From positions 53,709,254 to 53,773,253 of the forward strand of contig NC_068999.1 of NCBI RefSeq assembly GCF_001194135.2: DNA of 64,000 nucleotides, written 5' to 3'. Source of the stretch: Octopus bimaculoides (taxonomy: Eukaryota). Shown here piece by piece: positions 51,820 through 63,830 of this stretch (positions are counted from its first letter, which is position 1; each line of letters opens with the position of its first letter). The notes under the pieces are model-generated. The model saw nothing but the letters and a program-made list of their open reading frames with translations. It was not told the origin of the DNA and made no database searches. A program made the position numbers and the translations under genes.

Positions 51820-52004
51820 GTCAGTATTTTCTTCCTTCTTTATACTCACCTTTTACAGAGAGAGAGAGAGAGTGTGTGTGTGTTTGTGTGTAAAATTTAC
51901 GTTCACAATGAAAAACAAATATTAAACAAATGAAAATATATGCATACACACATGTATCTATACATTCACACTTAAATATATAGTATTATATTAATAGTAT
52001 ACTG

Positions 52005-52056
<52 letters not shown>

Positions 52057-52695
52057 CTTGCTTGCAAATAAGTGAGAGCTGATAACCAGAAGGGCATTCA
52101 ATAATAGAAAATCTATTTGACTAATTTTTAACTCATGCAAGCAAGCATAGATAGATTGGTATTAAAACAATGATGATGATGACGTGTGTCACAGTATTAC
52201 ATTGATATATGTATGTACACACATATATATATATATATAGTTACAGGTATGACCATATGCTTAAAAAGTTTGCTTTGCATTCATGATGTCATGCGTTTAG
52301 TCCCCACAATGTGTTATGGGCAAGTGCTTTTTGCCATAGCCTCAGATCAACCTGACCCTTATATGTAAAATTGGATAATCAGAAACCATACCTCCCTGAT
52401 GGCTGTATCTGTAACTTGTTAAGCTAGCTTTGTTGCACAGTATCACACTGATTCTGCATTAGGATTATGCAAATGGTACACATATCTGTGAAATACCCAC
52501 CCACTTACCCTATATTTCACTGCTCAATCAACTGGAATACTCATCACCAAAACAGAAAGATCTTTTTGCTTTTCACTTTTATTGTACATAACTCAACGTT
52601 CCGATGAGTATAAAGAAAGCACATGACCATCCTGCAGGTGTTGATTTTATCAAATAAAAAATCATTTGCATACAACAAATAATATGTATTGAGTA

Positions 52696-52754
52696 TTTTC
52701 CATTCAATGGATGCTGGTTCTGTTTTCCATTCAATAGAGGCTGCTTCTGTTTTC
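52696..52754. repeat. 27-bp tandem duplication
   Basis: ttttccattcaatggatgctggttctg / ttttccattcaatagaggctgcttctg / ttttc. Confidence 0.85.
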
Positions 52755-53678
52755 ACCATGTGTATGTGTATGACATATTAGTATTATATATGCTCACCCA
52801 TATAAGCAGTATTATAATTGAGTTTGTTTCAAAGCAAGATCTACATAAAATGTTTGAACCAATATTTAACATATCTCCATACGTTAAGCATCTATGCACT
52901 ACTTTTCCTCTCTCATTGTATAATAGATATGGATTGGTGAATGTTTGTTTATTACGAACTAGGGAAAAATAGTCAATACACTGTGTATACATTAGAAGCT
53001 AAAGCTTGAATTATAACTCTAAGCTTATGAAAATATAATGTGTGCTTCTGTGTGTTTTTGTCTGTTTGTCTATGTATATATATATAATCACTGTAAGTGC
53101 AGTGGGCTAAATGATTAAGAAAGTTTGCTTACCAATCACGAGGCACCAGGTTCAATCCCATCTTTGACAAGTGTCAATTTCCTCAGCCTCAAGTTGATCC
53201 ATACCTCATGAATGAAATTTGGTTGACAGAAATTGTATGGAAGCCTGTCAAATGGTTCGTACCTGTAATTCAAAGGGCCAACCTTGTCATACACTGTTAC
53301 AGTGATACTGCTTGAGAATTATATTAAGGGTACACATGTCTGTGGGATACTCAGCGACTTGCATGTTAATTCATTGAGTCTCGTAGTTCAGGTGATTGAC
53401 CAACTGCAAACTTATAGCTGAAAATTCTGACCAAGATACATTTATTTTATACGTAATCACTAACTTTCTGTTTACTTAAGCTCTTCATGCCCTATGGACC
53501 GTAGGCCATCAATGACTTTTCTCCACTGTTCTTGATTCTGGGCTATCCTCTCCCAGGTTATGTTGGTTTTGAATTGTCATTGATGCATCTGTAATTTTGC
53601 TTTTTTTTATTTTTTCCATCCAGAGATACCACTACAACGACACAAACAAATCAAATGTCTTTTTTCGTTTTGTTTCAG

Positions 53679-53822
53679 GTGTCCTTTTCCGATTTGTGAC
53701 AGCCAAGTTTGGCAGTCGCGTCAGTGTGATGTTGGGCGGTCTCTTATCTTCTATTGGCCTTGCACTTGGAGTTTGCATTACAGAACTCTATGAAATCTAC
53801 CTTTGCATGGGTGTCCTTACAG
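53679..53822 (+). CDS. SLC16: SLC16/MCT coding exon 2 (TM3-TM4)
   Basis: Acceptor ttttgtttcAG (53677-78) and donor G|GTAACC (53823); 144 nt, phase 1/1. VLFRFVTAKFGSRVSVMLGGLLSSIGLALGVCITELYEIYLCMGVLTG carries the MFS motif-A-like KFGSR and the MCT YLxxGVLxG motif. Confidence 0.93.
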
Positions 53823-54312
53823 GTAACCAAGCTTATTTCTTCTCCGTTTTACTTATCTATTTATGAATTTTAAGTTTTCCTAATTCCAACAACCCAACTG
53901 CTTCTCCATCCAACCAGGGTGAAGCCTTTATTTGATCCTTTAACCTGCTAGGAATAGTTACTAAGTTTTCCTCAAATCACAGCATATCATCTTAAGAAAT
54001 GAAATGATACACATTGGATTATATAGTCCTAGGTATGTATACTCTTCCTTGCAAAAAAAAAAAAACTGGATGGACATGGTTAGTTTGTCTTTGGATCAGT
54101 CATGGCTGATATTAGGGACTAAACACCATCAATCTAACATTTCTGTGGTCATTCAACCTACAAGAAATTGGAGCCAAAATCACCTTCAAACCACTCACTA
54201 CATTGAATAATGTAGTCTTAGGTACACTATGCCTGAAAACAAAAAAAGTGAGATGGTCATAGCAGGATTGCCTTTGATCATATATTCACTTGATCAAGTG
54301 GATATATGATCA

Positions 54313-54587
54313 AAGGGGTTTTCAAACTGTGGTCCGCAAGGACAAGACGGGGTCTGTGGACAGCAAATACTTTTTATGGGCAATTTGATTTTATATGCTT
54401 TTTAATCGAAATCTTTTAATTGACAATAAACCTATTTGGTAAATACTGTTAAATAAATAAATGTAAAAATATATGCTATTTTAAGCAAATAATTATGTAT
54501 AAATTTCATAAGCGTTTATAAGGGGGTCCCTAAGGTAAAACCTGAAATATAAAGGGGTCCGCAAGTCAAAAAGTTTGAAAACCCCTG
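54313..54587. mobile_element. hAT (Charlie-like) MITE
   Basis: 15-bp perfect TIR aggggttttcaaact (54314-28) / agtttgaaaacccct (54572-86); right flank gtctaaac fits the Charlie NNNTANNN target; left TSD lost. Confidence 0.75.
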
Positions 54588-56696
54588 GTCTAAACCATCA
54601 TACTTCAGTTCACTTCAAACAAAGAAAGTGGCAACACCTTCAGTAAAGCTGCGTAGACTCTTAACCAGATGAACAAATTCGATACAATAGTACTAGGCTA
54701 TTCCTTATTGTTCAATGCAGCTAGCCATAACTTGGATTATACAAGAGTGCTGAAACAGTACCTGCTTGGATATATTATTCCTTTCTATTCACTATATATA
54801 TATATATATATATGTTCATGTGTACATACATTCACACAATCACCATCATCGTAATGTCTGGATATTTTCATGCTGTCATGGCCTAGATGTCTCATATGAC
54901 ACTTAGTTGTAATCTCTCTTTGCCATCCCCTCTGTAAGTTGTAATACCCTCAGATCTGACCCACCATTTACCATCTATTATGCATCACATGTTCATGTCA
55001 CAATAATCATCACCTTCATAGTTGCACAAACAGGGTGGGTTTTTCTTTTGTTTTTTGTTGATTCTTTTTTGTTTTTGTTTTTTTTTGTTTTACATATCTG
55101 GGAACCCTAATTACAGTTGATTTAAAGTTTGAGTGGGGAATCAGTTAGCTATTGTTGTCAGGAATGTAGGAATCCAAAGACTCGGTTATCTGGCATGTGA
55201 CTGTATTTCTACTACTGATGGTGGTGGTGATAATAATAATAATAATTCTTTCTTTATTGGCTACAAAGGCTCATACATACAATTCAAAATGTGTCATACA
55301 AAAACAGTTAATAAAACGTTAAGAGGGATTACTCATAACAAATGGGGCACAAGAGCATTAATAATACAATATATTAAAATATGCTAAAAATTTTGACACA
55401 GATGTGGCAATGGGGTCAGAAGTGTGTGTGTGTTTGTGTGCATTTGTAGTTGTGTCTGTCTCCCTCCATCACTTGATAACTGGTGTTGGTTTGTTTGTGT
55501 CCCTTTAATAGCTCAGTCAAAGAGAGCAAAATAATGAGTACCAGACTTGAAAAAAGAAAATTTGTTCAACTCAACCTTTCAAGGTTGTGCTCCAGCTTAG
55601 CCAGTCCAGTGACTGAAACAAGGAAAAAGCAAAAGGTGAATGAAATGAGAATAAAGGAAAGCCATTAAAACATGGGTGAGATCCCCGTCAAAGTAGAACC
55701 AGGACACTCCATAACTCATATCACATGCCATTTCAATCACTTCCAGAAAATGCGTTCTCCAAAATTGCTCCTCAACAAGTTTGGCTGCATCAAAGCTGTA
55801 AAGGGACCCCACATTGTCTGAGCTGAGTGTCATCAAGTGGTGATACACCCCTGACATTGTCTTTGAGTCTGTCATCAATCCTAGGTCTCATAAGGGCAGA
55901 TCTTCACCCAGTTTCCATGGTGTGTATGTGATTGAGATTACAGAGCACTCTCCTGGACAGGGTACTGGTTCATCACAGGGTTAATTTCCCAGCTCATTTT
56001 TGTGGAGGGGACTGGAGCAACATGTAATGAAGTGTTGTGCTCAAGAGCATAGCACACCGCCCAGTCCAGGAATGAAAATCACAATCATATGATCCTGAGT
56101 GCAACACCCTAACCACTAGGCCTGGTGACCCCACTCACATCATCTGTATCAACCATCTAACATCTAGGGCACTCTTGCTACTCACCGTCATTTCCAACAC
56201 AGGTTTAATAAATGTTAATTAAAATTCGTTAGTTGCATCTGAGTACATAGCAACTAAATCCTGTATATAAGAGATAACATTTGAAAACAATTTTAATGCA
56301 TCTTTTCAGCTCTAAGATGGTTAGTAAGGTGTGGGGTGTATGATGAATTCTGATACAATTAAAAATTCTTTAAATGCAATTACTTCTTGCTAATCGTCTT
56401 AAGGCTGAAACGGGAATAATTTTCTATTGTTCCTCACTATTGCTGATTAATTTAAATATATTCCTGTAAGATTTCCTTTACAGTTCTATTTGTGGAACCA
56501 GATAATCAATGTTAGAAGGTATTTCTTCAACAACATGGGAACATGCTAAAAGGAAAGAATGGTAAATTCATTTTATGAGAACCTAGTTTGGATTATCTAA
56601 TTTCGTTTTGTGTGGAGAGAATTATTAATGTCACAAAGGTTTGAAACTTGGTCTGTTGTAATAGCTAAGCAGTTTTTAATATCAATTTCCACATTA

Positions 56697-56897
56697 GGTG
56701 ATGAGCTGGCAGAATTGTTACCACACCAGACAAACTGTTTCATGGTACTTATTCTGACTTCATGTTCTAAGTTCAAATGCCACCAGGGTCTACTTAGCCT
56801 TTTACCCTTTTAGTATCAATAAAATAAGCGCTAGTTGAGCATTGAAGTCGATGTAATTGACCCCTGAAATTGCTGGCCTTGTGCTAAAGTTTGAAAC
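56697..56897 (+). mobile_element. SINE family B, sense copy in SLC16 intron 2
   Basis: gatgagctggcagaattg head through gctggccttgtgctaaagtttgaaacc tail. Confidence 0.8.
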
Positions 56898-57569
56898 CAG
56901 TATTAATAACCTCATTAGGGCAGTGAACTTACAGACAAACCAGCTCTTGTTAAATTGATTCTAATTGCAGAAAGCTTTATCGTTTTCGAGTTTCACTTCT
57001 CGCTTCCAATTTGAAAATTGTGGATCTGTTAAACAATATAAAATTTCAGTACTTAAACATTGAAATTTTACACTGAATTTATGTTGAAAATATTTTTAAA
57101 ATATCCATGCAAATGTGTAATGATTGGTTGCTTGAACAATTTCTTCAGATCATGTAATATAACTGATAATGCTTTGGCTGCTATTATATAATACAATCAG
57201 CAATAAATGATCAATAAATTCTAGTGGGAAGTAAAAAGTTTGTGGAATTCCTCATTATTGGTTTTTCTCAATTTATGCATTACTTTTCAGAACTGTAATT
57301 GGTAAATTACCATATCAAGTCATTTAATTCTATACTAATTATAATGCATCCGTGATTTGTTTTTCTAAAATTGTTCAGTCATAATATAATATGAAGTAAA
57401 GTATTTAAGAATATGGCAAAGTAAAATACATTTTATGCAACCCAGATTAAAAGAAAACATTGTCTTGGAAAATTACATAATCCACTACTTGGGTACAGCA
57501 CAATCTTGTAACCTCGGCTGGAAATTTTGATGAAGGTGATGACAACGATAGTAATAATAATAGTAAATT

Positions 57570-58176
57570 CAAATTTTGGCACAAGGCCAGCAATTTCAGG
57601 GGAGGGGATAAATTGATTACATTGACCCCAGTGGTCAACTGGCACTTATTTTATCAACCCTGAAAGGGATGAAAAACAAAGCCAACATTGACAGAATCTG
57701 AACTCAGAATGTAAAATCAAAGGAAATGCTACTAAGCATTTTGCCTGGTGTGCTAATGATTCTGGCAGCTCACTGCCTTAGTAGTAATAATTATAATAAT
57801 AATAATAATAATAATGACCCTTTCTACTATAGGCACAAGGCCTGAAATTTGGAGAAGGGAGCTCAAGTGGTACTTATTTCATTGACTCTGAAAGGATGAA
57901 AGGCAAAGTCGACCTCGGCAGAATTTGAACTCAGAACATAAAGACTGACAAAATGCCATGAAGCACTTTGCCCAACATGCTAATGATTCTACCAGCTCAC
58001 TGCCTTGATGATGATGATGATGATGATTATGATAATAATAATGATAATAATAATCCTTTCTGCTGTAGACACAAGGCCTGAAATTTTTTGGGGAAAAGAA
58101 GTCAATTACATCAAGCCCAGCACTTGACTGGTACTTATTTCATCAACCCTGAAAGGATGAAAAGCAAAGTGGAATT

Positions 58177-58211
<35 letters not shown>

Positions 58212-59021
58212 CCTTTCTTCTAAAGGCACAATGCCTGAAATTTGGTGGAGGGAAATAGTCAAATACATTGACCCCAGTACTCTACTGGTACTTATTTTTA
58301 TCGACCCTGAAAGGATGAAAGGCAAAGTCGGCCTTAGTGGAATTTTAATATAAAAACGAATGAAATGCCACGAAGCATTTTGCCTGGAATGCTAACAGTT
58401 CTGGCAGCTTGCCACCTTCAAATTTTGGCACAAGGCCAGCAATTTTGAAGGAAGGTGTAAGTCGATTATATCATCCCAGTGCTCAACTAATAATTGTTTC
58501 ATCAACCCTGATAGGCTGAAAGGCAAAGTCAGCTTTGATAGAATTTGATAAAACGCCATTAAGCATTTTGCTTGAGGTGTTAACACTTCTATCGGCTCAC
58601 CAGCTTACTATTATTCATAATAATAATTGCTTATGATTTAGGTGCAAGGCTATCAGTTTTGAAGGAAGAAGGCTAGTTTATAATATCGATCCCAAAAAGG
58701 ATAAAAAGCAAAGTTTACCATGGTGGAATTTGAAACCAGTTCCTAAGAAGCTGGAAGAAATACTGCCAGGCATTTTTGTCCAACACACGATTGGTTCTGT
58801 CAATCTATCACCCTAAAATTGATTTCAGATTTTGGCACAAGGCCAGTAATTTCTGGGGAGAGGGTAAGTAGATTATATCAACCTCATTGCTCAGCCAATA
58901 TTTATTTTATTGACCCCCAAAAAGATGACAAGCACTTGACCTCAGCGGAATTTGAACTCAGAATGTAAAGCCAGAGGAAATGCTCCAAAGCATTCTAGCA
59001 ATTCTGCCAGGCCACCACCTT
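57570..59021 (-). mobile_element. Array of seven head-to-tail SINE family B copies, mostly separated by (TAA)n/(TGA)n
   Basis: Copies start at about 57570, 57820, 58056, 58212, 58420, 58630 and 58822, each with the ggcacaagg tail and gaaaggatgaaaggcaaag core. Confidence 0.85.
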
Positions 59022-59125
59022 CATCTGTAGCCTTAATAATAGTAATGATGATGATGATAATGATAATGAATTGCTTTTTCCTCTTTCTGTCTGACTAGTA
59101 CCTCTCTCTTTTTGTTCTTCTCTAG

Positions 59126-59857
59126 GCATCGGTTTTGGCATCGCCTGCTCACCGTCTATTGTCGCTGTTGAACAGTATTTCCACCGTTGCCGCTACCAGG
59201 CACTCAGCACAGTTCTCGCAGGAATTGGTTGTGGAATTATCGTCTTCCCCAATTTTATACGCTACTTACTGGAGATATACGCATGGAGAGGGACCTTACT
59301 ATTGTTGTCTGCAATCACACTGAATCTCTGTGTGTGTGGAGCAATCATGAAACCTCTCAAGTTTGAGAAGGAAGTCCAGCTGCTACCACTATTGTCATGC
59401 ATGCCACTACGCAACCCACTTTTCTACGCAATGTGCATTGGTAACTTCTTCTGGAGTTTCGGCTCCACCATCATATACATTTTCCTCCCTTCCTACGCCA
59501 TCAGTATGGATACTGACTTTATTACAGCAACATTCCTGGTCTCTTGTATTGGCATGGCCAGCTTCACAAGTCGCGTTATCTTTGCATTCATGGGACATAA
59601 CTCAACGCTGGACGATGTCACTGCCATCTTGTGTTCAGTTGGACTTGGAGCTGTTATAACCGGCACCTGTCCATTGTTATTTAAACATTACTCGGGGCAG
59701 ATAAGCTATACACTGCTTTTCGGCTTCTACAGTGGTTTTTGGACCACATTTATGTCACAAGTGACCAGAGAGTTACTCGGACCGCATTATATTGCAATTG
59801 GCAATGGCTATTTGTCTTTCATGATTGCTCTCGGGTCACTAGGAGCTCCCTGTGCTG
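59126..59857 (+). CDS. SLC16: SLC16/MCT coding exon 3 (TM4 end-TM11)
   Basis: Acceptor gttcttctctAG (59124-25) and donor G|GTAAGT (59858); 732 nt open, phase 1/1. Contains GIGFGIACSPSIVAVEQYF (MCT signature), AWRGTLLLLSAITLNLCVCG, TM8 GMASFTSRV and GAPCAG. No compatible TM12 exon was found in 59860-64000. Confidence 0.95.
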
Positions 59858-60044
59858 GTAAGTACTCAACAGAAAAAATAAATGAACATTGCTATTTTAT
59901 TTTGTATTGTATTTTTAAATTTCAGATAAACTTGAAAATTTTTGATTTTAATCTTTGCTTGTAAATATTGAGTGTAAATTGTCTCTAGTGCTGTAAACAA
60001 AACTGTGGAAGATAGAAAACTCTAGAATATGTAACCACATTCTA

Positions 60045-60195
60045 TCAAAAGGAATTTAGTAAAATAACTTAGTTATCATTAATCTAGTGTTAGGAACATA
60101 AATTGTGACTAAGGTTTGGTGGAAGATTTTAATTCAGAATTTTTGATAACAAGACATTTGTACTACAGAGCCAGATGCGGTTTCAGAACAATTAA
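60045..60195. mobile_element. Internal remnant of a common octopus DNA-transposon MITE
   Basis: tttagtaaaataacttagttatcatt...ggaacataaattgtgactaaggtttggtggaag...tacagagccag recognised from memory; termini not preserved. Confidence 0.4.
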
Positions 60196-60777
60196 GGATC
60201 TTAGAATTGGCTCATTCAAACACTTGACGCTACTCATTTGTAGCATTTTCTTTTTATTGTGGCATGAGTATAAAAACTCTGGTTTCAGTCCTGAGAAACT
60301 TTACAATTAAGAAAAGACCTTAACTTTACTTACTATGAATGTTGCATACAGTACCTTCAGAGTCATCTCCCCTTTTAAGCTGTTACTAATGAGCTTGTTG
60401 TATACAGTGCTAAGGTGCACTGCATCATATAGAGTGATACAAATCTAAAGTTCTAGCTTTTCATGAAGTGACATTTTTTTATGGTGATAGCAGTGGTGGT
60501 AGCAGTGACGCTTCCTTATATTGGAACAAGGTCACAAATTTATAGAGATGTTAATTGACAATAATTATATCATAATATATTGTTTTGACAATAATTGAAT
60601 AAAGAATTCCTTGTATATTTTACACTGAATATGTAGCCAGTTTGTATGCATATCCAGATATATATCTTATTTGCTCATATAGATTATGTGGTTTCCATTA
60701 TATTTAAATATCTAACTGTACACAGAATCATGCACACACGCACACACAGACCTATTTCTGGGTGCATCTTATTTTCT

Positions 60778-60820
<43 letters not shown>

Positions 60821-61519
60821 NNNNNNNNNNNNNNNNNNNNNNNNNNNNNNNNNNNNNNNNNNNNNNNNNNNNNNNNNNNNNNNNNNNNNNNNNNNNNNNN
60901 NNNNNNNNNNNNNNNNNNNNNNNNNNNNNNNNNNNNNNNNNNNNNNNNNNNNNNNNNNNNNNNNNNNNNNNNNNNNNNNNNNNNNNNNNNNNNNNNNNNN
61001 NNNNNNNNNNNNNNNNNNNNNNNNNNNNNNNNNNNNNNNNNNNNNNNNNNNNNNNNNNNAGGACACAGTCGTGTGTCGATAAGCCAGCTGGAGGAGATGT
61101 CCTCCTGGGGCTAAAAGCAACAGTAACATCCACCCCTAGGGGTCAGCCACACTTAAGTGGCAATATACTACACTTTATATATATATATTTTGCTTCTTTC
61201 TCCTCAGTGGAACTTACTATGATCAAAATGTCACATTAAAAGAGTCTCTGTTATGCATGTGTGTTTGTGTGTATGTTTTCAGTACTTGACATTTTCATCT
61301 GTCTCAAGGTGATATCTCCTACTAACACTTGTTATAAGCAAGGGGTGAAATCTTGGTTTGGTGGTGAATGGGGACAGGACCCAGTTTCTCTCAAACTAGT
61401 GAGGTTGATATTCAGTTTGGATTCTGTGGGTTGATTTCTCTAAGAGGGAATGTCTGCAAGAGTTTAAATATCTGTATTTGGTAGAAGTGATGTCTATAAG
61501 GAGAAGTTGATGTCAATAG

Positions 61520-61830
61520 CCATGGAATTTTGTTCCAGATGATCCGCTCAATGGAACAGCCTGCTCATGAAAGTAGCATGCAAGTGGCTGAGCACTCCAC
61601 AGACACGTGCATAACCTTCATGTATTTCTCTATGAGATTCAGCATGACACAGAGTGTGATAAAGCTGACCCTTTGAAATACAGGTATTACTCTATTTTTG
61701 CCAGCTGAGTGGACTGGAGCAACATGAAATAAAGTGTCTTGCTCAAGGACATAACACACTGCTAGGAATTGAACTCATGACCTTACAATTGTGAGCCAAA
61801 AACCCTAACCACTAAACCAGATGCCTTCAC
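61520..61830 (-). mobile_element. tRNA-derived SINE (gtgaaggc head family); partial copies at about 7870-7990 and 55990-56130
   Basis: The reverse complement begins gtgaaggcatctggtttagtggttaggg...gagttcaattcc (tRNA A/B boxes), followed by gtccttgagcaagacac. Confidence 0.8.
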
Positions 61831-62337
61831 TGGAATTTTGTAACAGAAAGGATTAACTAAGGGGTTTATTCGAAAAGAAGATTCATGTCCCTATTGAGGA
61901 CTGTTTTCAAGGTCTTTGCTCATAATTAGGAGTTGCTTAACTTCACTTCGGTCCCAGGTTGATGGTAGTCTCCACCATGCCTATCTCATTGTGTTCTTTT
62001 TCAGGCATAAAATATCTAAGACTACATTATCCAATGTACTCTTTATTTTAATTTAAGATTGTGAGATGAAATTTGAGAGAACGTTGGTTCCAATACAATG
62101 TCTGGTGAAAGGTGTGTAGGTTGTCTGTGAATGATGACTGTTTAAAAAAGATTATCTTCAAGAACTAAAAGTTTGAATGATCTTTGTGTGAGTATTTGGT
62201 TGGAAGTAACTGAGTAGGTCATTGGCATAATGGTGAAACGGTTATCATGTAAGAGTTATGGCAGGAATGTGTAGGACATAGAAGTGATGGCAGTGGCAGT
62301 GGTGGTCTGCAATTTATAGCTTATTTCTTTCAGACTA

Positions 62338-62518
62338 TTGCGAAAGACCTGGTTGGAAGCCCATCCTTTTGAGTTCTTTTACAGGGCTTAGAAAAACTGA
62401 AGGACTGCTGCAATAAGTGTGTGAATCTGAGAGGGGAATGTGTTGAATAAAATCATAATTAACTGATCTTCCTGTATTTTCTTTTACCCAAAGCCGGGAA
62501 CTTTTCAGTATCTTGTCG
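62338..62518 (+). mobile_element. Mariner transposon 3' end
   Basis: KTWLEAHPFEFF/GLEKLKDCCNKCVNLRGECVE* (one frameshift) matches the mariner C-terminus; right TIR ccgggaacttttcag...cg followed by TA at 62519-20. Confidence 0.8.
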
Positions 62519-62631
62519 TACATTATCTGAATCCTCGGACCAGATGGTCAGAGATGAAGCATCTTTTATAATAGATTGGCTGTATTAGGATTGACCTGAA
62601 GCTGAGCAATTACTTCATTCTCAAATTAGTA

Positions 62632-62870
62632 TTTTTGAAGACTATAATTGATTTTTTATGAAAATGTAATTCACATTTATGAAAAATATTCATTTTACAA
62701 AAATGATTTCACTTTTATAAAAATATAAATCATTTATTTTAGACTATGATTCATTATAAGAATGCAATTCAGTTTCATGAAAATATAGTTCACCATTGAT
62801 AATATATTTTTGTAAAAATTTAATTTATTTTTATGAGATTATAATTAAATTTTGATGAGAATATTATTGA
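62632..62870. repeat. Degenerate AT-rich tandem repeat of about 21 bp (ttttatgaaaatataattca)
   Basis: About 11 diverged units visible. Confidence 0.6.
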
Positions 62871-63619
62871 TGCCAGTTTTTTCTTTTACGTATTGTCTTA
62901 TTAACTGTAATAATGCTATACAGTATGATGCAGACTTTCAATACTTGATACATACAAGCTTCTTGTTGTCTTTATTTCATATTGATTTTATTTCATGATT
63001 GCATGATTAGAATGGGTTTTTTACACCTTGATGTCCTTCCTAATTAACTCTGATTACATGCTCATGAGGTAAAATAGTGGAGTCTGTTTATTTGAATTCA
63101 TGCAGGTAAAGTGGAATAAATAGTTAGATGTGTTGATCAAAGGTCAGTTGTAAGATCTGAACTTATGACCATGTGGTCTGTTTTTCAGCACCGTAACCTG
63201 GCAGCCATTGTGCTGCTTGTTTAAAGAGCAAAAATTGTTTCTTTGTTGTTTTGTAGATTTTTGTTGCTAATTATCAATCTTTGTAAATGCTGTTGATGTA
63301 TGTATGTATGTATGCATGCTTGTGTATATANNNNNNNNNNGTGTGTATGTATATATATGCAATATATACGTGTGTATGTATGCATATATGTATATGTATG
63401 TATGTATGCACATATGTATATATATGTATGTACATATGTATATTTATATATATGTGTGTGTATGTATGCATGCACATATGTATATGAATCATTGGCACAG
63501 GGAATTAAAAGTTTAACACTTCTCCTTTCCTAGTAATAACTAAACTGAAGAGAAATGAGATATTTTTATTTTTGAAACAGGTAGATTGAAGCAAGTAAAA
63601 TAAGGATAATAATGGTTTC

Positions 63620-63830
63620 AGATTTTGGCACACGGCCAGCGATTTTAAGGAGATGGGTTAGTTCATTACATCCACACCAGTGCTCAACTGTTAGTTTTAG
63701 CTACCCTAAAAGGATTAAAGACAATGTTGATGTTGGCTGAATTTAGACTCAGAATGTAAGAACTGGCAGGAATGTGGCAACGTGTTTTGTCTGACATGCT
63801 AATGATTCTGCCAGTTTGCGACGTTGTAGC
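63620..63830 (-). mobile_element. SINE family B copy
   Basis: ttttggcacacggccagc...ctaaaaggattaaagac...tgctaatgattctgccag. Confidence 0.75.

Noticed and set aside
55830-55890. PRIDD motif resembling Gypsy RT on the minus strand
   Set aside because: The surrounding residues do not follow the RT consensus and the frame is soon interrupted.
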